From: Cyanobium sp.
GTDB taxonomy: Bacteria; Cyanobacteriota; Cyanobacteriia; PCC-6307; Cyanobiaceae
Assembly (NCBI GenBank): GCA_040399485.1
Contig: JBBASD010000002.1
Coordinates: 7,953-45,227 of the forward strand
Direction of reading: 5' to 3'
DNA length: 37,275 bases
The stretch's first letter is position 1; each line of letters begins with the position of its first letter. Below, in pieces: positions 22,543 through 31,497 of the stretch. The notes below the pieces were generated by a model. It saw only the letters and a program-made list of their open reading frames with translations. It made no database searches and was not told the DNA's origin. Both the position numbers and the translations under genes were made by a program.

Positions 22543-24288
22543 TCAGGAGCCACGACCGAAACTGCGGCCCATACCCTGGGCGATTCCCCGGCCCACCAAA
22601 CCGATTGCCCTTCCAACCACCTTGGTCAGGACCACCACCAACAGATCGCCCAAACCTCGCATCAGGCTTTGCACCTGGGGCGCCAGGGCATCCCGGGTTT
22701 CCAGGGAGAGGGTCACCCATTGCTGCAACCAGCCCAACCGCTTCAGTTCCTGATCCCGCGGCTCGGTGAGCTGTTCGGTACGAATGGAACCGCTCTGGAG
22801 ACAATAGAGGGGCCGTCGGCTTTCATAGAGCTGAACCGGACGTTCCACCCAACTCTGCCAGCGTTGTTGAGCGTTTAGCTGGTTGCGAAGGCGCTCAAGG
22901 TTGCGGGTGGCCAGCAACTCAGGTCGCAACAGATAACGGCGCAGCTCGGGCCAGTCGGCACAAGCCGCCAGCACCTCGGCGCTGATTTGTTCGGCGCTCC
23001 GCACCAGCCAATTGGCCAGCAACATCTCGAGATAAATCAGGGCCTGGGGTTCATCTGGTGGCAGTAAACGACCCTCCACCAACAACGGCCGGGCCTGAAC
23101 AAGGCTGGAAAGCATCGTCAGCGGATCCGGCAGATCGGGATCTTCGCCCGACAGGGAACTGCCGTCCACTAGCGTTTCGGCGACTGGAAGCATCACCCCC
23201 TGACGCGGCAATTGGACATAGGCGCCGGCCATGCGCCTCAGGGCCTGTTGGCGCAGCATCGGCTGGAGGTCATTCCACTGCTCCAGCAACCTCTCGGCAG
23301 TGAAGCTCTGGCCCTGCAACTGGCTTCTCAACTGGTCAAACTGCTCCAGAAGGGAAAGCAACAGATCACTGCGCCGCTGGTCAAGCAGACCATCCAGGGC
23401 CAGCAGACCCCCACTGGCATTGGCTGGCCCGGCAGCGGATTCTTGGCGCAGCCGTTCGCGCAATGTCTCCCACAAGCCGTCTGCGCTGCACTGGCGCAGG
23501 GTGATGGCAATGCCTTCGCGCTCGGCGAAGGCGGGAATCAGGCCTGGTACACCAGAATTTTGGCCAGAAAAACCCCGCTGCGGCAGCACCCCAGGTGCAG
23601 CACAGGAATCGGCCAAAGACCCACTCCAAGCCAGACTAAGCGGACCCCAGAGCCAGAGCAGCAGTTGGCGGGCCGCCCGCAGCTCTCGCATCCGGCCCTG
23701 CAGCAATAGCAAGCCCAGCAGGGAGCTGGAAGGCTGGTCCAGGTACTGGGAACAGAGACGCAGTTCCGCCTCGATTTGCCAGAGGCCTGTGGTCAACAAC
23801 CATTGACCCAGCCCCATCGCAGTTGGGGCTGGGATGGGGCCAGCGTTGTTGCCAGCGGACGCATTCGCCGGGGCGATCTCCAGCATGCGGCCACCCGACA
23901 GGAGAGTGGCGACGGATTCCCGCAGGGGGCCAGCCGTTGGGGCTTCCAGCAAGCCTTGCACGGGTAATTGCAGCAAGGGCAGGGCCGAATAACCGTGGCC
24001 TCCGGGCAGCACCAACAGAATTGGCGCCGGTTGCCAGCGCTCAGAGAGCCGCTGCAATTCAAGTTCGAGACTGGCGACAGGGGGAGGCGCGGCCAGGCTC
24101 CAGATGACCAGCTGGGGGGCCCCATCCAGATCTTCGGGGCGAAAAACGACCTGGCCCAGGCTGGGATCCGCTTGCAACATCGCGGCAATTCCCTGCTGTT
24201 GCAGAGGATCAGCCAACAGCAATAGCTGGGATTGGTGCGTTTTCGGGGAAGGGGCCAAGGGTTTCAGGCTCCGGTCGGCCGCCCGCAC
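22543..24288 (-). CDS. DUF3685 (Ycf55-like) protein with degenerate receiver-like N-terminus
   Basis: LATRNLERLRNQLN, PVQLYESRR, EPRDQEL, LETRDALAPQ, GRAIGLVGRGIAQGMG; start may be TTG 24258. Confidence 0.85.
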   Translation of the reverse strand: MRAADRSLKPLAPSPKTHQSQLLLLADPLQQQGIAAMLQADPSLGQVVFRPEDLDGAPQLVIWSLAAPPPVASLELELQRLSERWQPAPILLVLPGGHGYSALPLLQLPVQGLLEAPTAGPLRESVATLLSGGRMLEIAPANASAGNNAGPIPAPTAMGLGQWLLTTGLWQIEAELRLCSQYLDQPSSSLLGLLLLQGRMRELRAARQLLLWLWGPLSLAWSGSLADSCAAPGVLPQRGFSGQNSGVPGLIPAFAEREGIAITLRQCSADGLWETLRERLRQESAAGPANASGGLLALDGLLDQRRSDLLLSLLEQFDQLRSQLQGQSFTAERLLEQWNDLQPMLRQQALRRMAGAYVQLPRQGVMLPVAETLVDGSSLSGEDPDLPDPLTMLSSLVQARPLLVEGRLLPPDEPQALIYLEMLLANWLVRSAEQISAEVLAACADWPELRRYLLRPELLATRNLERLRNQLNAQQRWQSWVERPVQLYESRRPLYCLQSGSIRTEQLTEPRDQELKRLGWLQQWVTLSLETRDALAPQVQSLMRGLGDLLVVVLTKVVGRAIGLVGRGIAQGMGRSFGRGS

Positions 24289-24752
24289 AGATTCAAGGTA
24301 TATGACTCGATAACGTATCCGGTATGAACCTCAATGCGATGCAGCAAATCTTCGGGAAGGAGCACATCAAGATCGTGAATGGCACCGGAATCAAGGCAAG
24401 TAAGGTGACTATGGGGATCGGATCGATAGCCGTAAAGGCGGCCGCTGGCACGATCTAGAAATTCGATCACTCCAGCACTTTGAAGCGCTTCGAGGTTCTG
24501 GTAAACAGAGGTGTGGCCGATATTGCGACCAAGATTATTGAGCTTCTCGAAGATATCGCGGGCACTGAGATGGGTCTTTTCGGCCCAGAGCAAATCCAGC
24601 ACCATGCGGCGTTGGCGGCTCAGACGCATACCGAGATCGCGGCAACGCCGATAGACATCCTCAACGCTTTGCAAGGGGGCCTCGCAGGTCGTCCTAGGGT
24701 TCGAGTTGGGCAAACTCGCAGTGGGGATGAAGCCGTCGACCACAGCAAGCAA
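24264..24752 (-). CDS. furC: Fur family regulator, FurC/PerR-like
   Basis: GMRLSRQRR, HLSARDI, IGHTSVYQNLEAL, GRLYG, HSHLTCLDS; closely resembles Anabaena FurC, which also lacks CxxC pairs. Start uncertain. Confidence 0.8.
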   Translation of the reverse strand: MLAVVDGFIPTASLPNSNPRTTCEAPLQSVEDVYRRCRDLGMRLSRQRRMVLDLLWAEKTHLSARDIFEKLNNLGRNIGHTSVYQNLEALQSAGVIEFLDRASGRLYGYRSDPHSHLTCLDSGAIHDLDVLLPEDLLHRIEVHTGYVIESYTLNLCGRPTGA

Positions 24753-24811
24753 AGGGTTCTGGAGATTCAGTTATAGGGCAGGTAGGAGATTTTGGTCGCA
24801 GCCAGGCCCCC

Positions 24812-25573
24812 TCAGGCCAGCGACAATGGTTCAACGTCCTGCCAGCGCTCTGGGCCGACGGCTTGGAGGGCCTCGGCCAACTCAATCCGACCGTCATAGA
24901 GCGCCCGCCCGACGATCACCCCTTGCACCCCCAGATGTTCCAGGCTGAGCAGGCTGAGCAGGTCGGTGAGGGAACCAATCCCGCCAGAGGCGATCAAAGG
25001 CAAACATGCCGCCTCGGCCATGGCGCGTAGAAAGTGGAGGTTGGGTCCTGCCAAGGTGCCGTCAGTGGCGATGTCGGTGGTGATCAGGGCCGCCACGCCA
25101 CTTCCGGCCAAGCTGGCCGCCAGGGCTGTGGCTTCAATGGTGCTCTCCTCCAGCCAGCCGCGGGTAGCCACTCGACCATCGCGGGCATCAATGCCCACCA
25201 CGATGCGGCCTGGATACCGCTGGGCAAGTTGACGCACCAGGGCCGGTTCCTCCACAGCGATGGTGCCCAGAATGACCCGATCCAACCCACAGGCGAGCCA
25301 TTCTTCAGCGCGCGCTGCGCTGCGGACTCCACCCCCAAGCTGCACCGGAATTGTCAGGGCAGCGGTGATGGCCCTCACAATCCGGTCATTGGTGCTCAGA
25401 CCGCTGCGGGCACCGTCCAAATCGACCAAATGCAGCCTGCGGGCCCCCTGCCGTTGCCACTCAAGAGCCTGGGCCACCGGATCGGCATGAAAGTGGGTCA
25501 CCTGGTCGTAGTCGCCCTGGTGAAGCCGCACGCACTGGCCTTCAAGCAGGTCTATAGCGGGGATGACGTCCAT
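24812..25573 (-). CDS. hisA: ProFAR isomerase
   Basis: IPAIDLLEGQCVRLHQG, LHLVDLDGA, QLGGGVR, TDIATDGTLAGPN, IASGG. Confidence 0.97.
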   Translation of the reverse strand: MDVIPAIDLLEGQCVRLHQGDYDQVTHFHADPVAQALEWQRQGARRLHLVDLDGARSGLSTNDRIVRAITAALTIPVQLGGGVRSAARAEEWLACGLDRVILGTIAVEEPALVRQLAQRYPGRIVVGIDARDGRVATRGWLEESTIEATALAASLAGSGVAALITTDIATDGTLAGPNLHFLRAMAEAACLPLIASGGIGSLTDLLSLLSLEHLGVQGVIVGRALYDGRIELAEALQAVGPERWQDVEPLSLA

Positions 25574-25684
25574 GGCCACACACGGCTATCTCTCCATCAT
25601 GGGTCCATTAGGCCCGCCCGGGGCTCGATCGGTAGACGCTGCCAGCTTGAATGACCTGACCATGACACCCTTTGGGAAGCGAGC

Positions 25685-26638
25685 ATGAAGATTCTGGTGA
25701 TGGGCGGCACCCGTTTCGTGGGACGGCCGCTGGTGGCCCACCTGTTGGGGGCAGGCCACGACCTCACCCTGTTTACCCGGGGCAAGAACCCGCTGCCGGA
25801 CAACGTCGAGTCCTTGACGGGGGATCGCAACGACGACGAAGCCTTGGCCCAGCTGCAGGGACGTCGGTTTGATGTGATCGTGGACAGCTCCGGCCGAGAA
25901 TGCGCCGATACGCGCCGGGTGATCGAGCGCACCGGGGCCCCAACCCATCGCTTTGTCTATGTGAGTTCGGCCGGCGTCTATGCCAACAGCGAGCTCTGGC
26001 CCCTCGACGAAGACGCTCCCCTGGACCCCTCCAGCCGCCATGCTGGCAAGGCCGAAACCGAAGCCTGGCTGAGGCAGCAAGGGATTGCATTCACGAGTTT
26101 TCGTCCCACTTACATCGTGGGTCCCGGCAACTACAACCCCATTGAGCGCTGGTTCTTCGACCGCCTCAGCCACGGCCAACCCATTCCCATTCCTGGAGAT
26201 GGCTCCACCATCACCCAGTTGGGCCATGTCAATGATCTGGCGATGGCCATGGCCCGCTCCATTGAGGTGGAGACAGCCTGCAACCGCATTTACAACTGCA
26301 GTGGGAATCAGGGCATCACATTTGCAGGGCTGGTGACGGCCGCAGCGAGGGCCTGCGGCAAAGACCCGGCTACCGTCGAACGGCTTCCTTTCTCTATCGA
26401 GGGGCTAGATGGCAAGGCGCGCAAGGCTTTTCCGCTGCGCCTCTCCCATTTTCTCACCGACACCCATCGGATACGAAGGGAGCTGGCCTGGGAGCCGGCT
26501 TTCGATTTGGAGGCAACCCTGACCGATAGCTGGAGAAATGATTATCAGCGCTTACCCAGGCTAGAGTGCGATTTCAGCGCTGACGAAGTGTTAAAAAACG
26601 CAATCTTAAAGGCTGACAAAACACCGTCCAAAGGGTGA
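25685..26638 (+). CDS. NAD-dependent epimerase/dehydratase family protein, CSP41-like RNA-binding protein
   Basis: ILVMGGTRFVG, YVSSAGVY, FRPTYIVGPGNYNPIERWFFDR, QLGHVNDLA, KAFPLR. Confidence 0.85.
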   Translation: MKILVMGGTRFVGRPLVAHLLGAGHDLTLFTRGKNPLPDNVESLTGDRNDDEALAQLQGRRFDVIVDSSGRECADTRRVIERTGAPTHRFVYVSSAGVYANSELWPLDEDAPLDPSSRHAGKAETEAWLRQQGIAFTSFRPTYIVGPGNYNPIERWFFDRLSHGQPIPIPGDGSTITQLGHVNDLAMAMARSIEVETACNRIYNCSGNQGITFAGLVTAAARACGKDPATVERLPFSIEGLDGKARKAFPLRLSHFLTDTHRIRRELAWEPAFDLEATLTDSWRNDYQRLPRLECDFSADEVLKNAILKADKTPSKG

Positions 26639-26692
26639 CATCTTGATAAATGATCCCTAAACTTCAGACGATTTGAACGCTCTCCCCCCCCT

Positions 26693-27415
26693 TTGGCCAC
26701 CAAAATCCGCACCGAAACTTTCGCCGACATCCTCCAATGGGTGGCCCTGGCCCTGTTTATTGTTTTTTTGGCCATGCTCCTGGCGGCCATGCTGCCTTTG
26801 GAAATTCTCGATTCCCGCTGGCAAGTTCGAGTAATTTCAGCTCTGCTTGGTAACTCAAGTTTACCTTTGATCGGCGTGGTGCTAATGATTTTCGCCAACT
26901 ATCTCGATGATGGACTTAGTCCTGTTGGAGGAAACATTCGGCTTCTACGGCGCTTGGCAGGTTTTGCGGCCATCGGCTTTTTATTGCTGATTCCCCTACA
27001 AATCACGGCTGGCAATCGGTTACTCAATCAGCAGAGTGGCAATGAAATCGGCCAGCTCAAAGTGCTGCAACGTGCTGCAGACTCAATCCGTTCTGCCAAC
27101 AACGAAGCCGATCTCAAAAATGCCCTGCGACAGCTTCCTGGAGCCCCCAGCAACCTAGATCGCCCCCTGGGTGCCCCGTTGCCCCAAGTGAAAGCTGCCC
27201 TGATTTCCCGACTGGACCCAGCCGTTAAGCGACTTCAAAATCAGGTAGAAGATGCGAAAAAAGATCGACTGCAAAAAGCACTAGGAATCTGGATTCGAGA
27301 TGCCGGGATGGCTGCCGGCTATGCAATAGGCTTTGCCGGTTTGGGCAGCTTCAAGGAACAGGGTTCCCTGTTGCGATCTATTGTTCCGAGCCGCCGAAAG
27401 TCAAACTTGAAATAA
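26693..27415 (+). CDS. HpsJ-like membrane protein
   Basis: LPLEILDSRWQ, LPLIG and FLLLIPL TM pattern, then a Gln/Ala-rich coiled region and a terminal TM; TTG start. Confidence 0.7.
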   Translation: MATKIRTETFADILQWVALALFIVFLAMLLAAMLPLEILDSRWQVRVISALLGNSSLPLIGVVLMIFANYLDDGLSPVGGNIRLLRRLAGFAAIGFLLLIPLQITAGNRLLNQQSGNEIGQLKVLQRAADSIRSANNEADLKNALRQLPGAPSNLDRPLGAPLPQVKAALISRLDPAVKRLQNQVEDAKKDRLQKALGIWIRDAGMAAGYAIGFAGLGSFKEQGSLLRSIVPSRRKSNLK

Positions 27416-27642
27416 AAAAATTAATTATACCAGGAACTGAATGAGGGGGCTTCAGCCGGTGAAATTCGTTTTGTTTGCCTCCTCTCCACGAGCATGTGTA
27501 ATCCAAATTCTGTTGTTCTTTTAGCTGTAAAACCCTCAAGAGTAAAAATTTCTTACTCAATAATATAACCACTATCATGTCTATCGTAGCCCAAAGCAGG
27601 GTGAAACCAAAGGCCTTAAGCTAGATCCAAAAGCGGAACCCG

Positions 27643-27737
27643 TTAGCTCGTAAATAGGCCAAAGACTAGGGCAGGTGCAATCAACAGCAACAAGAAACTG
27701 GGCCAAGGTCCGTCAATTTCTGGCCGATAGACTGCAT
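27643..27737 (-). pseudogene. Probable relic of an OafA/YrhL (acyltransferase-3) gene
   Basis: Minus strand reads ATG CAG TC, then out of frame YRPEIDG-PWPSFLLLLIAPALVFGLFTS-stop. Confidence 0.4.
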
Positions 27738-27845
27738 TGTGGGTTGGTGGGTCCGGTGGATTGATTCACGTAATCTCACCCTCAACCACCTTCTGGCAGA
27801 TAGTTTTAACAAGCGGTCTACCTGGCCTCTTTTCGCCACAAGATC

Positions 27846-30638
27846 TCAACAAAGGTCTGCAACCTCGCTCGAGACTTCAGGGGCCGGTGCCACTGCCACC
27901 AGGTCCTCAATTTCGCAGACCGGGAAGCGGTTGATGGCCTTCAGGGCTTTGCGGGCGTTGCTGCGCAATCTCTCGCTAATGGCTTCGCAGTAGGGAATCT
28001 GTGCCAGCAGATCAACTGTGCGCCGCATGACCCGCACCACATCACCCTCATCAAGAGAAGTATTGGCAATCAGATCTCGCCAGGGGGTGCCCCGGGCCCA
28101 GGCGGCCACCAGGCCAGTCAATTCCGGCTCCCACCAGACAGGCACTACCACCTGGCCCCGTTCCTGCTCCCGCTCAAGGGCTCGACGCAGGGGACGGAGG
28201 TCATGCAGGGCCTCCTCAGCAGGTTTAGGCGGCTCGAATCCACACCACAGGTCTGGGCGATTGACCTCGGTGGAAATGGCCTCCAACACCGCTGCCAGAT
28301 CGGGCGGTTCCAATTCATCGAGATGGCCACTCATCAGGGCCAGACCCAGCCAGAGCTCGTTATCACCTCGCAGGGCCGCCACGGTCCGGCCCACTTCCGT
28401 GGGTTCAAGACCCTCGACACCATCAAGGGCACCGAAATGACGCAGGATGCTGATCAAGGCAAGAAAAGTCTCCCAGTGACGGTTGGAGCGAAAATGGAGC
28501 AACTGCTGGCGCTCTTCCACCTCGGCCTCGATCTCTTCCATGCGCCGCAGTTGCTTTTTTAACTGTTTGCGGTCGCCCCAACGGTGGGCTGGATGGAGTT
28601 GCAAAGCATCCTCCAACTGGCGCACCCGTTCCACCTGCTGAAGCACCTCCCCGGCCAGGTCGTAGTGAGGTGTGACCATGTCGTGGCGTCGGGCCATGGA
28701 AGCCACGGCCAGCGCCAGACCGCCGCTGGCCTGGTCTCCGTGGCGCAGTTCGCCGCTGCGCTGTAAATCGGGGGGCTTGAGTTGGTTCACCTGGAGGCAA
28801 CTGAGTTCGGCGTGCAGGGCCACGACGGCACTGCAGGGCAACAGAATCCAGACGTTGTCGTCGGTGAGGCACAGCAGCCAGGGAAACTGACCAGATCCTG
28901 GGACCTTTGCCACGACGACCGCCGGGGTGACGCGGCTACGCAACTGGGGGGCCCGCAAACTGATCAGGGATCCCTCGCTTGCGAACTGCAAGGCCAGGGT
29001 GAGTTCGTGGGCCAGGGTTTCTTCCGCCTGCTGCTGCAAGATCCGCAACAGGCGGCGTTCTTCACGCAGGTGGCCGCTTTGTTTTTCGTAGTCCTCAAAC
29101 TGGTCCCAAGGCACATCACCGCCACTGGCCTCAAGGCTGGCGAGCTGGAGACGTAGCTCTCGAATGTGAGCTTCGTCCTCTGCCAAGTCCAGGGTGGCCA
29201 GGTAACGCCCAAAGCTGCGTTCGACCAATTCCTTGGCTTTGTTGAGGTCGTAACGCTGTAACAGGTTTAGCACCATGCCATAGCTCGGGGTGAATTGGCT
29301 CACCAAAGGATCGGCGGGGCTGGTGGCCAGTTCACCAGCCTCCCGCACCCCCTCAAAGCGGCTTTGCACAGTAACGACGTAACCCTGATCGTCGAGACCA
29401 CGGCGGCCGGCGCGACCCGCCATCTGCAGAAATTCACTGCCCATCAAGGGCCGATGGCCCCGCTCGGTGCGTTTGGAAAGAGCCGAAATCACAGTGGTGC
29501 GGGCGGGCATATTAATGCCAGCTGCCAAGGTTTCGGTGGCGAAAACCACCTTGACCAGGGCCTGTTGGAACAACTCCTCAATCAATTCTTTCCAGGCTGG
29601 TAACACACCGGCGTGGTGGGACGCGATGCCGCGCAACAAAGCATCGGCGTGCTCGCCATCGCGAACCGCATCGGGGGTGGCGGCCACGTATTCATCGAGG
29701 CGGTCACGAATCAAGGCCTGCTCGGCCGGATTGACCAAGCAAAGCTTTCCCAAATCCCTGAGGGCCCGGTCGCAGGAGCGACGACTGAAGATGAAGTAGA
29801 TCGCCGGCAGCATGTCCCTCTGGGCCATCTGGGCCACCACAAAACCGATGGGCGGCGCCTCCGGCTGGGGTGGTCTCGGTTCCCGGGGTCCCTTGCGGCG
29901 GGAGATTTTGGGAGGCCGCCAGACCTTGCAATTGGGATGGAGTCCGGTACCAGCCTCATTAAGCAGGGGGTGCAATCCCTTGGCGCTGCAAAAACTGAAA
30001 GCGAGGGGCACTGGGCGGTGGTCACTGAGCACCAACCGGGTCGGGCCATGCACCCGTTCGATCCAATCGGTGAGCTGCCCGGCATTGGCCACCGTGGCCG
30101 ACAGGGCAACTAGTTGGATGGGGGGGGGACAGTGGATGATCGATTCCTCCCAGACGGTGCCGCGCTGGGAATCATTCATGTAATGGCACTCATCGAGCAC
30201 CACGGCTTCGACATCAGCCAGGGGGTCATCGTCAGGGTGATCAATCTCCGCGTAAAGCATGTTGCGGAAGATTTCCGTGGTCATCACCACGATCCCCGCT
30301 TCCCGATTGACGCTGAGATCGCCAGTCAGCAAACCAACATTCTCGTTGCCAAATTGTTCGCGAAAATCGCGCAGTTTCTGGTTGGAAAGGGCCTTAAGGG
30401 GGGTGGTGTAAAAGACCCTGCGCCCATGGGCCAGGGCCCGGTGGATGGCGTACTCGCCTACCAGGGTCTTACCGGAGCCCGTGGGGGCACTGACCACCAC
30501 CGAATGGCCGATGTTCAGGGCATCGATTGCTTCCAGCTGGAAGGGATCGAGTGCAAAAGGAAACAACTGCTCCAACGAGGGCAAAACTGCCGGCATGGCT
30601 AAGGGCGCCTCTCTGCCGTCAGGTGGAATGTTGGGCAT
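27846..30638 (-). CDS. Ski2/HelY-like DExH RNA helicase with DSHCT domain
   Basis: APTGSGKT, TPLKALSNQK, DECH, LSAT, ATETLAAGINMPA, QMAGRAGRRG, DEGDVVR; ATG 30596 is an alternative start. Confidence 0.95.
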   Translation of the reverse strand: MPNIPPDGREAPLAMPAVLPSLEQLFPFALDPFQLEAIDALNIGHSVVVSAPTGSGKTLVGEYAIHRALAHGRRVFYTTPLKALSNQKLRDFREQFGNENVGLLTGDLSVNREAGIVVMTTEIFRNMLYAEIDHPDDDPLADVEAVVLDECHYMNDSQRGTVWEESIIHCPPPIQLVALSATVANAGQLTDWIERVHGPTRLVLSDHRPVPLAFSFCSAKGLHPLLNEAGTGLHPNCKVWRPPKISRRKGPREPRPPQPEAPPIGFVVAQMAQRDMLPAIYFIFSRRSCDRALRDLGKLCLVNPAEQALIRDRLDEYVAATPDAVRDGEHADALLRGIASHHAGVLPAWKELIEELFQQALVKVVFATETLAAGINMPARTTVISALSKRTERGHRPLMGSEFLQMAGRAGRRGLDDQGYVVTVQSRFEGVREAGELATSPADPLVSQFTPSYGMVLNLLQRYDLNKAKELVERSFGRYLATLDLAEDEAHIRELRLQLASLEASGGDVPWDQFEDYEKQSGHLREERRLLRILQQQAEETLAHELTLALQFASEGSLISLRAPQLRSRVTPAVVVAKVPGSGQFPWLLCLTDDNVWILLPCSAVVALHAELSCLQVNQLKPPDLQRSGELRHGDQASGGLALAVASMARRHDMVTPHYDLAGEVLQQVERVRQLEDALQLHPAHRWGDRKQLKKQLRRMEEIEAEVEERQQLLHFRSNRHWETFLALISILRHFGALDGVEGLEPTEVGRTVAALRGDNELWLGLALMSGHLDELEPPDLAAVLEAISTEVNRPDLWCGFEPPKPAEEALHDLRPLRRALEREQERGQVVVPVWWEPELTGLVAAWARGTPWRDLIANTSLDEGDVVRVMRRTVDLLAQIPYCEAISERLRSNARKALKAINRFPVCEIEDLVAVAPAPEVSSEVADLC

Positions 30639-30696
30639 CCAGCAATCCTATGGGGGCGGCGGCCCAGACCAAGATTCAGGGCCCCAGGGGATCGCC

Positions 30697-31497
30697 TTAA
30701 AACGGAAGAGGCATCTCTGTGTCGGCCAGCGGCGGCGCACACACCGCCACCCGCTGGGCAACCACTGGCCCCACCACCACGATGGAGGGGGAAGCAAACC
30801 CCTGGTCCTCAACCTGATCGGCGAGATCCATCAGGGTGGACACCAGAAGGCGCTGGCCCTGCACCGTGCCCTGCTGGATTACTGCGGCCGGGGTGGCGGG
30901 ATCCATACCACCGGCCGCCAGTTCATGGCAGATATGACGCAAATTGTGGAGGCCCATGTAGATGACCAAACCGTCGCTGCTGCGAGCCAGGCCCTGCCAG
31001 TCGACGCCCGAGCGGCCCTTATCAATTTCCTCATGCCCGGTCACGAAGGTGACGCTGGAACCGGCCCGCCGGTGGGTAACTGGGATGCCGGCATAGGCCG
31101 GGGCGGCTATTCCAGCCGTGACACCAGGGACAACTTGAACAGGGACCCCGCGGCAAGCCAGATAGGCGGCCTCCTCGCCACCACGCCCAAACAGAAAAGG
31201 ATCCCCCCCCTTGAGACGCACGACGGTGCGATGGCGACCGGCCAGCTCAAAGAGCACCGCATTGGTACTGGGCTGGGGCACGGAATGGTGGCCGCGGCGT
31301 TTGCCGACGAAATGCCGCTCGCAGTCCGGTCCGACAAGATCGAGCAAGGCCTTGGGCACCAAGGAGTCATGCACTAGGGCATCGCACTCACGCAGGAGAC
31401 GATGGGCCTTCAAGGTGAGCAGCTCCGGATCCCCTGGCCCGGCGCCAACTAGATAGACGGTTCCCAGGCCCTCCAACGCTTGCCCCTCGAGACTCAT
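30697..31497 (-). CDS. cobA: Uroporphyrinogen-III C-methyltransferase (SUMT/SirA)
   Basis: LVGAGPGDPELLT, VVRLKGGDPFLFGRGGEE, VPGVTAG, VTGHE, IYMG. Confidence 0.96.
   Translation of the reverse strand: MSLEGQALEGLGTVYLVGAGPGDPELLTLKAHRLLRECDALVHDSLVPKALLDLVGPDCERHFVGKRRGHHSVPQPSTNAVLFELAGRHRTVVRLKGGDPFLFGRGGEEAAYLACRGVPVQVVPGVTAGIAAPAYAGIPVTHRRAGSSVTFVTGHEEIDKGRSGVDWQGLARSSDGLVIYMGLHNLRHICHELAAGGMDPATPAAVIQQGTVQGQRLLVSTLMDLADQVEDQGFASPSIVVVGPVVAQRVAVCAPPLADTEMPLPF

Noticed and set aside
26684-26691. C8 run just before the TTG start of the HpsJ-like gene
   Set aside because: Short and outside the coding frame; no evidence of length variation without reads.
27378-27578. 66-aa minus-strand ORF in the AT-rich gap
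   Set aside because: No recognisable family and it overlaps the end of the HpsJ-like gene; better explained as decayed sequence.
30120-31210. G9 tract in the helicase gene and C8 tract in cobA as phase-variation sites
   Set aside because: Both are in frame and encode ordinary residues (HCPPP; KGGD) in housekeeping genes.
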